A stretch of 62,391 nucleotides of DNA, filler included. It is 14 parts of 14 records of this genome, joined end to end, with 100 filler letters (N's around TTAATTAATTAA, not from the genome) between each part and the next. Parts side by side here need not be neighbours in the genome. Positions count along the whole stretch, not along the records: positions 49,670 to 53,051 come from SRR15195285_15584; positions 53,152 to 57,727 come from SRR15195285_15613; positions 57,828 to 62,391 come from SRR15195285_15658; 11 more parts are not named here. One strand, written 5' to 3'. The position numbers and the translations under genes were made by a program. The stretch's first letter is position 1; each line of letters opens with the position of its first letter. This document shows positions 49,570 through 61,890 of the stretch, in pieces. The notes under the pieces are model-generated. The model had not been told where the DNA came from and searched no databases. It worked only from the letters and a program-made list of their open reading frames with translations.

Positions 49570-49890
49570 NNNNNNNNNNNNNNNNNNNNNNNNNNNNNNN
49601 NNNNNNNNNNNNNTTAATTAATTAANNNNNNNNNNNNNNNNNNNNNNNNNNNNNNNNNNNNNNNNNNNNCAGGGCATAAGGCCCTTATGCCCTGTGTCAG
49701 CAAATGATCCAGACTCGTGCAGCTTGCACGGCAGTCGTAAAGCAAGGCAAGGCGGTGTTTTACCAGCAAGGTCTTGTCGGCTGAACGGTTGTGGTTCCTT
49801 GCGCCCCAAACACTCGCACCAAAAGATAACAGTTTCCACGATGCGTTTCAACTCTTCCAGTCGAAGGCAACCGTTGTTCATTGCAACACA

Positions 49891-52637
49891 TCAGATTGCC
49901 GTACTGCTAGGTCTCGTGACCATCAAAACCAGGCCAGGGTCACTGACATCTTTCGTGTTGCTTCGTCCAGAAGTTCCGACTTCGTCGATCACAGCACCAG
50001 GTATTCCTACCCTGAGGCTTGCGCCTCCCCACACGTGCTCTTCGATCAACACTCGGTGGGATATATCTGTAGGCGGTCCATTCGATAAAAGGTCTTGCGC
50101 CAGCACAATAGTGTTTGAGGAGGCATCGCCAGCTCTCTGCGTAGAAGCCATCCAGGTGGTGTTGGAGAATTGTTTGAAAGCGATCGTCAGTGTGTCGTAC
50201 CGACCAAACACGCCAATGAGTGGTAACGAGCCGTTGGCGAGCCAGTCGACGATCATGCTCACATTCGCACGAGGAAGGCTGTAACCGTGTGGGTATGGCA
50301 GCACTCGTCCAAGCGTTGTCACCGATGCTACTTCAGTTGGATATCGACAGGCAGTAACGAACGGAAGCAGCGATGGCTCACCCGTGGCGTCAACAGCTGT
50401 CACCTCTGGTAGAGCAATGCCACCACGAGCGATCCGTGCCGGCGCCGCCTGCTGCTTTGGGTGTGTCGAAACATCCGATTTGTACCAAGTTTCTCCGCTG
50501 CGAAAAGCCCAAGAATCCACAAGCACGCCATCGATGCTGACAACATCACCACGCAGCTCGTGAATGCCGAACGGGGGACCGAGCCGCTGCCACCTTGTCG
50601 CGCGGCTGGCTTCATCTACTCGAAATTTGATGTGTCTATTCGTGCCATTGAGGTCCCAACCGGTCTGCTGGTCCTGGTCTGGAGGTGGCCGCAGCACCGC
50701 GGTCTGACCACGCATAATTCCCATCGAGCAACCCAACCCAGCAACTGGATACGCCTCAGCGTCACCATTCACGACTCCTCGCACCGCCTGTGGGCTCGAT
50801 GCATTTGAATCCGCTACATGTAGATTGGGTCTCTGTAACTTGTCGGAATCTGTGCGACCAGTGACGGTGGAGTTTGCGCCACATACAGTCTTAACCACCA
50901 GCCGCCAGTCAGCCGGGGTCCCCTTGCAGGGAGAACCACCGAAAAGCTCAGGGCGGTCAGTCGGTATCTCGCAGCGAGTCTTCCCAACGCACAAAGTGGA
51001 TACAGCCGTCATCGTATGCCTAGAACAATGCAACGGTGTTATGACTGGCAGGATACTAGTACGCACGCGTGGTTGATGAATCTGCTAGATCGCGCCTAAA
51101 ATGCGTGATGGACAAAGCTGCGGTGACTGTTGCACAGACAAACAAGCGTCACTCACGGAGACGAGCACTGGGGATTGCTAGCAAAGACGCCAGATGTCCT
51201 ATTTTCGTTGCATTTTGAATTTGGTAGAACGTGTTGTGTTGGACAATCGGCATCGTTGATCTTCGTCGCTGGATATCGCCTGTGAAACGAGTCGTTGCGG
51301 AGATAGAGATCCCAATTGTTCCCATGTAGATTGATATGGTCGACCCCACAGCTGTGGTACTGCGCACTCTCAGAGAAAAGTGTGTCGAACGCTTGGCAGT
51401 GCTCACAGGAGTCACACCAGCGCGCAGACTGTGCTACACACTCATCTGGCGATAGGGCAGGCAGACAAGTGCCTGCCGCTTTACCATAGTCTGCCAAGAG
51501 AATAGTCGTAATGATCTGACCCGCGGGGCAGTCTAAAACCAGCGGTGCTCCCAAAGGCACATTTGCGGGCAGGTCGGGATCCTTCGGAGGAAAACATACG
51601 GATCCTAAAGCTGGATGCTCACGTTGGTCAGCACTCGAGGCATGGCTTTCCACTGGCAGAGCAGTGGTAGCAGCACACAGCACGGTACCGGTGGATGTAA
51701 TGGTGGTAGACACGCCACCTACCACTGGTGAACTTCTTCTCTTTGTCAGCGTAGGTGCGAGCTGCAATAAAGACTGGATGCGTTCTAGCGTCTGTGGTAT
51801 TACCAACGCATCAGCTGTGTCATAAGTCCTCAAAATCTGTGTGCAGTTAAGCATAATAGCCCAGTGCCCAAGCATGGACGGATCAAGCCGGCCGTTGTTA
51901 CCTTCGTTGAATGGCACGAAAGAAGGAAAGGGGCTTGTTGGGCAGCCGTGCTCGAAGTGCAGCGTCGGATGGACCGCGCGGGCACGCCGTGAGAGCGCGC
52001 ACGGCGTCACATAGCTGTCTGCGCAAAAGTCCACCTTCCAGTATTGTATCCCTGCATCACGGCTCCAGCTGGCCATTTGCTCAATCGTGAACGGCGTCTC
52101 AGCCTTGTCAAAATCGTTGAGAGCGCCAAACCATAGGCCTCCACCACGCCAGCCCAGTGCTCGAACCGCCTCGTCGAACTTTTTGAGCCGCACTGTGGGA
52201 GAGGTGTCGTTGCGCTCCGGAATGTCGAACGGCCACTTGCTGGCATTCATCCAGATGTTGCTGCCGCTTCCCTTACCCGACTCGCTCCACCCAGCGTCCA
52301 ACAGAAACCATAGGTCTGCCCTCGCCTCGGAGTAAAAGTGTGCCCATCCAGCACCTGCCAGCTCCGATGCCGGAGTAAACGCATACTTTGCAGTGAGGAC
52401 ATCGTGAGCGATCGACGTGGAGTTCTCCACGTAATCTGCCAGCTGCAAGTCGTCGTTGGCGCCGTAGACGTAGCCTTGAGCGCTCCAGGTGGTAAAATAC
52501 GACAGTGCCTTTGCATCGTGTTCCTGTGGCACGAGGCTTAGTGGAGCGTGACTGTGGTTCGCGCTGCCGGCGGCGGCTCCCGTAGCCATCAGCTGTGCGA
52601 AGAGTACCGCCAGCTCGGTCACCTCGGTCAAAGACAT
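49891..52637 (-). CDS. Secreted GH27/GH36-clan-like TIM-barrel glycoside hydrolase with an inserted SUEL/rhamnose-binding lectin domain; complement(join(49891..51019,51157..52637))
   Basis: Signal-like N-terminus, YFTTWSAQGY, LWFLLDAGWS, GIQYWKVDF and LRTYD. SUEL motif LDCPAGQIITTILLADYG...C...VSTLCVGKTRCEI...FGGSPCKG. Intron 51020-51156 (GTGAGT...TAG). Confidence 0.72.
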
Positions 52638-53151
52638 CCGTCACCGCGCACGCCAAGCACCCTCTAAGCCTACACGTTAGAACGTAGGAACGTTCCTCGA
52701 CACGTCGTGCCCCGTCTGGCTGCAGTACGTAGCGACATCGCAGAAGACACGCGGTGCGATGCCGCACGCGGCATGTACAGCCGGCACGCACAGACCCGCC
52801 AGCAGGGCGCGCCCCAGCAGCAGTACTAGTAGTGCATGACCCCGCGCGGTACATTCAGAGTGGCCCTAAAATTCAATCAGTCTGATTGTTACAATTTCGT
52901 ATTTGCACAATGGATTTAGACACTGAATTCATACGAGTTTGCAATATTGCCACCAGTCAAGTCTCCCAGTCTCCATGTCAGAGACGAAAATCGGATCACG
53001 AGACAAGGCCATTTTTTCACTCAATGCAATGCAATGCAATGTAAGGCTTTANNNNNNNNNNNNNNNNNNNNNNNNNNNNNNNNNNNNNNNNNNNNTTAAT
53101 TAATTAANNNNNNNNNNNNNNNNNNNNNNNNNNNNNNNNNNNNNNNNNNNN

Positions 53152-54111
53152 CTCCTCCTCCTCCTCCTCCTCCTCCTCGCCGTGGTGTCCCGCTGTCCGC
53201 AAGTCGGCGTCGGCACGCATGCGCTTGGCCTCAAGCTTTCTCCTCGCCCTTCCTCTGCGTCGCTCGGTAGCCATAGGCTCGTCTCTTGGTTCGTCTCTTA
53301 GCCCGAGAATTCCTATGAAATCCCACTTCGCTCCCTCAGAATCCTCGCATCCTTGGTCAGGCGCTAAAGCCCCTGCTGCTGCTTCCAACGTCGCCAGCCG
53401 CGCCTTGTACTCTGAACCGAAGCGCCGCAAGCGCGGCACGTCGACAGCTATGTGTTTGCTCCTCAGCAGGCTCATCACTGTGGGTGTAGCGAGGAACTGT
53501 AAGAACTGAGTCACGTTTCGAGGCTTGGCTGCATCTGATGTGCAACGCTCGAAGTCAATCAGAACTGGCCGCCACAAGCAGCGCCTGTCAGAGTGTGACC
53601 TTGTGATTCCACAGCCCGCACCAGCTGACGCGCTGGGCTCAGTCTCCTCTGAAATGCAGTCAGCGGCTGCTGCAGCCGCTTCTATGAGAATGTGCTCGGC
53701 AGGCCAGGTCATTTCGTGCTTGTTCAGCCGCAACCGGTCTAGACACAACAGCTGAGCGAAGACCTGCCTGAGGATGTCGAGCACCGCATCCTTGTCGACG
53801 CTCGGCTGCTGGATATGGTCGAGTATCGGCAATCCCCGCACATATTCGTAACGCACCGACTCACCGTCGTCAGCAAGCCCGAGCAGATGCGGGCCGATGC
53901 CATGCCGATTGGCAATGCACAGGAACTCCGCCTCCCGCTCGATCGTGTGTGCTGGAGCGCTGGGACGGCGGCGCTTCGTCGCGACCAGCCGTTCGGTGCG
54001 CGTGGTTGGACATCGTTCACGTCTCACACTGACCGTGCCGCGCTGGCCGTGCCCGACGTACGTGGGCTCATCTAAAGAGCCGCCCTGGTCGTTCGCGTTG
54101 CTCTCCGCCAT
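53152..54111 (-). CDS. Archaeal-type (COG2112, RIO/Bud32-related) Ser/Thr protein kinase (3' partial)
   Basis: GHGQRGTV, VATKRRRP, IEREAEFLCIANRHGIGP, YEYVRG, LDRLRLNKHEMTWPAEHILI and PVLIDFERC...KPRNVTQFLQFL. Confidence 0.75.
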
Positions 54112-54678
54112 GCCCGGCTGCTACCGTACCGACCCGACCCTGCGAGCTGGCTGTGGCTCGCGCTCGCTCAGACGCTCACGGCGGCCTCACGCTGAGCGAC
54201 GCTCTGCACACACTCGACACCGACGAGACAGGTGCAGACGTGCACCTGCAGCTGCTGCGGTGGCCGCCGGGGTGCTGGGTGGAGCGGTGGACGTGGACTC
54301 GTGGAGCTGGAGGGTGGTCGTGGACTCTGGGTGGTCAGGAGTGCCCAGATTGGAAAGCCGGGATTGGACATGGCCGGTATCCCGGATCCCGGCCAAGTCA
54401 GTCACGACAGACGACTCACGCGAGTCAGGACTCAGCTCTCAGGAACCACCAGGCGGGCCAGCTTCTGCTGGCCAGTCAGCACGTCGGTCGTCGCCAGCAG
54501 GGGTGGCACTGGCAGGCTGCGCAACGCCCAGTGCAGCAGCGCCGGGTGGTAGGATGTGGGTACGGGGTGGTGCCACCGACAGACATGGCTGCTCCTGCGG
54601 GCACGCTATGGTACTCTCGAGTACGTACCATGAAAAGTAGTAGCTAGTCGGCTGCCTGCAGCTGGAGGGCTGTTGGCC

Positions 54679-56383
54679 ATGGAGGCGACGTTGCGGCTGA
54701 AAGTGGAGTCGCTCACACAAGAGCTCACCGGCTACACCGCTCAGCTGCAGTCGCTGACCGACGCGAAGACAGCAGCCGAGGCATCGGAGGCACGCACTGC
54801 GTCGCAGCTCAAAAGCGCTCAGCATGGACTGCGCAAGTACGAGGCAACCATCGAGCGTCTGACAGCAGAAAATGGCAAGCTGAACGACCGCTTGCAAAGC
54901 GAAGTGCGATCTGCCGCGATCCTGGCATCTCAGCGTGAGCGTGATGCAGCTCAGATGCGCCAGCACGTGCAGGCTGCAGAGGTGCAGGCAGGTGCAACGA
55001 GCAAGAGCCTAGCAGCGAGTCAGGAAGCCACCCGGCAGGCCCTTGCTGATTTGGCAGAGGCGAATGCGACGGTTGTCCAGCTACGTGACGAGGGTGCTAC
55101 TCATCGCGTCAAGCTTGAGAAGGCAGAAGCGATGCTGCGGAAGGAGACAAGTGAGCGTGAGAGCCTTGGGCTGGAGGCGGCACAGTTGCGGCAGGACATG
55201 TCAATGCTGCAGGACAGCGTACCTTCGCAGGTCGCCACACTCTCAGATGCCCGCACAGCAGCAGAAACGCAGGCGTTGAAGCTACGACAGCAGCTGGCAG
55301 CTACAGAACAGGCCCTGTCAGATCAGACGGTCAAGCTTGACAGACTGGCTGAACAGCATGAGGTGAATGAAAGGTGGCGCGTTAGCGATCGCAAAGCGTG
55401 GTCAGTTGACCGCGCGCGGTTGGAAGGGTAAATTTTTCTTAATCTACTGCCTGATTTTTTACATTCGCAGAGGTTGGATTACCCACGTTGATCCAATTGA
55501 CAGACATCAATAGGAATGTGGCATGGGACAGAGACATCAGTGGGCTAAAGCAGCAGGTGGCTATGCTCAAATCAGCCAACGCTGTCGGCGACCGCTCGCT
55601 GAAAAATGAGGCTGTGAGTCAGGTTGTACACCTTTTTTGTAGCATTTTGGCTGCATTTCGCCACCTGAACTTGCCCCATGTGACTCATGCGTCCAGCGAG
55701 CGAAAAGTCGTGCAGACGCTAAAGGAAGTAAAGCACAACAAGATGTACAGGAACTCAACAAAAACAACACGCGGCTGGCGAATCAGCTGCGAGATGTGGA
55801 AAGACAACTCGCGGCGGAGACACGGGACCACAAGCTTTGTCGTGCGCAATGCACCGAGGCACAGCACAAAATTAAGACTCTGGCAAACGAACTGGCTTCA
55901 GAGCGTAGTACAAACAACTCTCTTCAAGTATCTCTGAAGACAAGTGCAAATAAGCAAGCGCAGCTCGACACGATGCTGAAAAGCGTCAGCCGTCAGACAG
56001 AGAGCCTTGCATCGATGGGGATCAGTACCAGGTCTACGTCTAACCTAGCCAAGGTTGATGCTCCTGCAAAAGTACGCAAGTCGATGATGCGCAAACAACA
56101 GCGCAGCGTAAACGGCGGTGTCGACCCAGCTGCACGGCGTAGAGTTGCGCCCGTACATGGTGCCGGAGGTCACGCCAGGTCGTCGATTTCGGCTGTGAGG
56201 AAACAAGCGCGAGAAAGCCTCGGTAACGAGGGTGCACTAGACAGTTTTTCGTTCTCAGAGTCGGTGAACGACTGCAAGAGCGAGGACAATGGCGGTCGTC
56301 GATTTGACCTGCTAGAGGAAGTAAGTAGCTCTCCATTGCTGCATCCAGTCGACGGTGCCCAAGGCGTCGCATACAAGGTGTGA
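54679..56383 (+). CDS. Long coiled-coil protein; approx. join(54679..55427,55532..55613,55697..56383)
   Basis: Heptad-rich E/Q/A/L/K sequence. Two GT-AG introns link ORFs 54673-55431 and 55796-56383 in frame. Confidence 0.7.
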
Positions 56384-56621
56384 TGAGATGATCACTACAC
56401 TAATGCTGAAAACTGCTGACTATAGTATATGAATTGTAAGTATGAAATTTTAATGAAGTTATGAAGATAATTGCGGCAACGCCCAACGGGGAGAGTATAT
56501 TGCTTCTCCTTGTGCGCGTGAACAAAAACTGTTGGTGCGTTTCTCCCGTCCTGCCGGTGTTGTTCGTTGTTCGCTCAGGGTTACACAGGATGCGAATGCA
56601 GCATCCACTCTATCGTGGCTC

Positions 56622-57411
56622 TCAGTGCGCTGCAGCTGCCGCGCTGTTGTGTGCGAGGCATCGGTTCACCACCTCCAGCTGCCACGTTGCGGTGACGAGA
56701 CGGCGTTCGTATTGCAACCAAAGGGCGCGAGACCGAGCGCACAGAACACAGACACGGAAGGGTCAGCGCAGCAGGACACAAAACTACGCACAGACGCCCT
56801 CAGCGCACCAGTGAGGCGTTTTCCAACGCAGCTGCGACACGCTCCTTGTCATTGAGCTGCTTGTTGACCTGGTGTTCTGAGGCGTGGCTTCCTGGGGTGA
56901 CCGTGACATCCACCTTGAACCGGGAAGGAATGGAGCGCAGCAGCTTTACGCGGATGCACAATCTGCGCGTAATTTACATGCGCGGCGCATGCGGTGTTCA
57001 GGGCTGCCCCACGCAGGGCTAGCGAGGGACACGTGGTCTCACCCAATGAGCGTCGACATGCTGCAGTGTGGAATGGTAGGTGTGAACCGGATGGAGATCA
57101 TTCCGGTTTCGTTGTCAATCACCACACCGTCTGGTTGCATCACTTTCAGCTCCTCCAACGAGTGCGGGTGCTACGCACATGAGTTCGGTTAGCAGGAGGT
57201 GCGGCGCAGGCGCAGGCGCAGGCGCAGGCGAGGGCTACAAGCGCAGCTTCCACACCTCTGGGTCGCTGATGTCGCGGACCAGGTCGTAGATCTCCTGCGC
57301 GTCGAACGGCTCTGGCGTGTCGTCGTCGTCCGCCGCGTCGTCTTCATCCCGCTCCAGCCGCACCGCCTCGAAGATCTCCGGGTTGGGGTTGATCTTGTCG
57401 TCCAGGTCCAT
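56622..57411 (-). CDS. CIAO2B: Cytosolic Fe-S assembly component CIA2B/MIP18/FAM96B; complement(join(56622..56678,56809..56962,57043..57170,57256..57411))
   Basis: [56 protein letters not shown] and [26 protein letters not shown] after splicing three GT-AG introns. Confidence 0.94.
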
Positions 57412-57972
57412 GCTGGGCGGCCCCCGGAAGCTCCACTGAAAGCTCCTAGGGGAAGCAGCTGCGCTTCCACCGCCACAAACTTCCACCACCACCACCACCA
57501 GCTGGTTCCACTAGTGGGCAGCCTGCTGTCCGTCGACGGCCACCACTCGAACCACGCTGCACGCACCGGCCTGGGCGGCCTCTGGCTTGATGGGGCTGGC
57601 GCGAGTTTTTAAGAGTTCATTCCGGCGCTTGCTGTCGGTCAATTCTTGGATCCCGGTTCGTTCTCCGCTGGAAATTTATGGCCGGTGTCGGGGTCATGTT
57701 AAGAGACATTCTAGGTAAGAGATTTTGNNNNNNNNNNNNNNNNNNNNNNNNNNNNNNNNNNNNNNNNNNNNTTAATTAATTAANNNNNNNNNNNNNNNNN
57801 NNNNNNNNNNNNNNNNNNNNNNNNNNNATCCGATACTACCTGGTTTACTTGCGCTCTTGGGCGTGCGGGCAGTGTCTCCCTCTGTTGTTCAGTCTCACGA
57901 TTTCTGCCAATTGCACTGAAAGCTACCTGATGAACAATGAAACTCTAACACGCTAGACTCTGCTTATGGTAG

Positions 57973-58443
57973 TTCAACGGCGTTGCTGTGGACGAGCGAT
58001 CAGTTCGCGAGCGCGCCAACCTGTTCGACGAGCAAAACCAGGTGCTAAAGCACGTCTCGTTCGCTCTTGATTGTGGTTGTCACTCTTGATGTCGCAGTGC
58101 TTGTGTTGTCCAGAAGTTGCGATTGACCAACAAAGAGCTAGAAGAGCGCTTACGAGATCTCGTCACGCACGGTGCAAGCAGCGCCGAGCGAGATGAGTTG
58201 CATCAAAAGGTCCGATGAACAGCCTGTGCAATCAGTCGCTACCCACGCACCAGTCGATGCTTACGCAGACTTGCACGACAGGTGTCAGATTTACAAGCAA
58301 AGCTCATCGCTACGTACGAAGAGCGAGAACGAGCAGCCGAGCAAAAGCAACAGCTAGCTGAGGCAACAGCAAGGTTGGAAAGCTCGGAGCGAACTGTCGA
58401 GGAGCTGACAGAGCAGCTACGTCAGCATCGTGAGGACAAGTAG
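57973..58443 (+). CDS. Fragment of a coiled-coil protein (5' partial, at least 3 exons)
   Basis: Spliced frame FNGVAVDERSVRERANLFDEQNQ|KLRLTNKELEERLRDL...ELHQK|VSDLQAKLIATYEERE...EDK. Weak ATG16-like look only. Confidence 0.5.
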
Positions 58444-58783
58444 AGAGCTTCAATGCTGGAAGCCTTCTCACGACTTCATAAGGTCAAGAGAACGAGGAAA
58501 AGGGGCTGCAAGCGAAAGTTACGCGTGACACAGTGCACAGCCGTGGTCGGCAACTTTTCGACTCACGGCGAGCTGAGGACGCCGAACTGCCCCGTACAGC
58601 TGGAGACAGTAGCTAGATATCATCTCGCTGCGCTGTATCGCTTGTCTGATCCTATTGAGATTCCTAGGTGCCGAACGCTAGCTAGCCGTCAACCGCTGGC
58701 AGGCTAACCCGCACAGGAAACAGACGAGATGCATGGCCGCCTCAGGAGTTGTCTGCAGTCAGAATGCACCGAAATTCATTCTG

Positions 58784-61767
58784 TTACGATTCAACTGTCC
58801 CAGTCACAAATCTCCGTGCCGCCTGCTCCAACAATCGATGCTCCCCAGCTTGATTTCGTTTCATTAACTGGCGGAGCGCGTTGTTGATTGCTTGCCGTAC
58901 TCGCTTGCTATCAAGAATGCCTTCCTGCTCGGCTGCAGCAAGAACTTTGACCTGCGCAAATGACCAAGCACCCACGTGAGGCAAAGAGTATGTACAGTCG
59001 TCAGTCTACCGCTACTACGCACCGCCTTATCGTATTCACCGCTCCGGCAAAACACCTTGAAACACGTCATGAACGTTGCTGGATCATATGGAATGCCGGC
59101 CTCTTCCATTTGCCGCAACACTAGTTTGACACTAGCTGTGTCCTCACATGTGTGCATTACGATGTTATACTACAGTGTCGTACAGCACACCAGAAACGCA
59201 CTCGTTCAGTTGAATGAGTAATCAGCGCTCGTGAATGGGATATACACACCTCGTCGATTTTTGCCTCTCGGGTCGCATGTAAACTTGCAAATATGTGTTG
59301 CAACCGCTCAAGTGCGGCCGCTGCCTCGTCATCCATCTGGAATCTGCTGTATGCTCGATGAAGAGCGGCATACAGATGGAAGCTGTGGGGGAGTTGCGCC
59401 TCCTCCAACTCAGCCACGACTTTTTGTAAGTCCGGTTTGCGAGGGCAGCAGTGCCTTAGAAGGTAACAGAAGTGAAAAGCATCAGCAAGCCCCGCGACAC
59501 GAAGGTCTTTGGTGTAGTCTTGAGCAGCTTCTGCACGTTCCATTCTGGGTGCGCTCTTTTGCATGATATCCTTCAGTGCGCCGGTAGCCGCAATGCTGGC
59601 GGCATCGTCATCAACCAGACCGCAGTCACGCCCACGGCGCAGTACTGCAACTGCGTCTTGGTGCTCTGCGCAGCGGACTAGCGCCGCATGCAGCGATGTG
59701 TAAGTAACAGCATCCCATGCAATATTGGCCTCCTCCATTTGCCCTACAAGCTCCATGATTGTTGCGCGAGAGGTGCACAGTGCCAGCATCAGATTGAACT
59801 GATAGTGGCTGACAAGGCCTCCGCGCTGCACGGCATGAAAGAATGACCAAGCTCTTGACACTTCTTGGTGTCGAACCATTTCGCTACATCCAACATTCGC
59901 ACAATGGTATCAATGCTCAAGTGCAGCAATGTTCCGAACTATTTTGTCAAGCGGGACGTACCTCAGCGAACTTGTAATCGTGGATCCAGCAGCGTCCGGT
60001 GTGATGTGTTCAGCACGCAGAGCTTCACGCAGAGTCGACACAGCTCCATCGAAGTCGTTTAGTCTGGTCAGCACCTTGTGCAGGATCGTCCAACTGCAAA
60101 GTGTGCACAATATGGACGCTAGACTGAGTAACTTTTGGAATAGCAGAGTTGAAGGCATTGGAACTGTGATATCAGTCGTACGTGTGTTCATCTCTTGCGA
60201 TTTTCTTTTTGTCCATCTGCGACATCCATTGGTACACACTTTCAAGATCCTCGCATTTATCCAGCATGACTCCTGGAGCAGTGTGCACCCACCGGTCAAA
60301 AATTGTTCCTCGCTCCAAACCATTCTTAATGATCAGCGCAACACGTACCATAATGAACTGCACTTGCAACGCCGACATCACAAATGGCTTGAAAGTACGC
60401 TTCGGCGTCTGCAGTTCTGTGCATGCTGCGCAATGTGTTCGTGGCGACTGCAAAAGTTGCAGTTGCGAGTCAGTAGTACGGCACGAGTAGCAGCAAGTGG
60501 GATTCAACACAAGAGCAAAGGACGCACTGGCTCTGAGGGTCGAGTTATCGAGGATGCGAATCTCAAAAGGTTGACTCTTGTCTGTGTCAGATATGTCAAG
60601 CAGCCCTTTGTGTTGCGCCGTGTTCAAGACCTTCCCGGCCTCTGTAAACAGGCCGAGGCGCACATACACCTTGTGGAGCGTGGTAAAAATCGCTGGGCAA
60701 AGACACCACGCGCACAACAATCTGTTGAGCTCACTAGTACGAGCATGAAAAGCGAGATTCGTTCGTTACCTGCGTTGGGTCGAATACCGGACTGGTCCAA
60801 CTCAGCCATGAGGCAATCAATCTCTGACTCCTTGCAGCAGGTTTGTAGCATTTTAGTGTAGTGTCGCACATTGGCTGCATCAATCTTTTGCATCTGCCGG
60901 AAGTAATTCCAGGCCTTTTCGCACCCTGCCTGTCCCTGGTTGAGCATGTGCTTTAGAGTGTTCATCGTGATACCGCCGAGCATCACCCCATCCAACAGAC
61001 CTTCGACTCGCGCCCGCTGTAGAACCTGCGCGGCACTAGGCAGCTCGTCGAGCCGTACATAGGCTCTGTGCAGTGCACTGCGACAACGGAAACGCGCACA
61101 CGTTCAGCCCATTAGAGATGCATTTAACGCAGGGAAAGCACTGCCCCCAAACTGAATGCAGCCCCAGCATAGCTTACACGTATACGGCTGCATTCGGCTG
61201 AACGCCTGCCCGCCCCGCCATGTCGACAACTCGCTGCACTTCCTGTGGTGAAGCGCCCGCACTGAGCATTATGGAGCAGTGGTACTCGTTAATATCGGGG
61301 CCATCGCACAGCTGCGCGAAGTAGTCCCACGCGTCCTTCTCACGATTGCGGCGCAGCAAACGGCGCAGTTTGGCCGAGGCTTGAGTAGAGCGTGCTGCCA
61401 GAATGTCAGCACGATGTGTCTCTAGCGCCTCAGTGCTGGAGCTGTCGCCGAGGCCGAGTGCTCTCTGCAGGGATGCCAGCATGCCCACGGCTCGATGTGG
61501 TCCAGTCGCCACTCCCTGAAAGGGGTACTGCACCAACCCGGAATGGCCGGAGGGCTGGCGAACACGGGCGAGACCCAGTGCCCGCGAGGGTACACAAGTA
61601 CAGCGCGATGTTGATGCACGATGTGATGACACGTTAGCCGCGAAGACGAGTGCTGCCGGGGGAGGCCGACCAAGACACGTTGAGCCCTGGCCAGTGATAG
61701 CTGTCACCACGTCGCTGCCGAATCGCCACCGTCTGACACGGGTCAGCGCCGGGGAGTTGGCCCGCAT
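58784..61767 (-). CDS. Pentatricopeptide-repeat (PPR) protein, about 9 exons, probably organelle-targeted
   Basis: Arg/Ser-rich N-terminus. PPR-like motifs such as HYTKMLQTCCKESEIDCLMAELDQSGIRPNAA, TYTSLHAALVRCAEHQDAVAVL and MEEAGIPYDPATFMTCFKVFCRSGEYDKA, joined by GT-AG introns. Confidence 0.82.
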
Positions 61768-61890
61768 ATTATCCCTCTCAGATGGAGGCCGGCTGTGGCA
61801 CGCCTCTACACGCAGGATGCCGGAACCATGTGCTGCCAAACACCCAGTGCCAACCAGGCTTTCCAAGCTTTCCTCAGGGCACTAACTACC

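Noticed and set aside
53897..54647. Plus-strand ORFs and small hairpins between the kinase and the coiled-coil gene
   Set aside because: GC-rich divergent promoter or UTR sequence with no protein motif and no recognisable RNA family.
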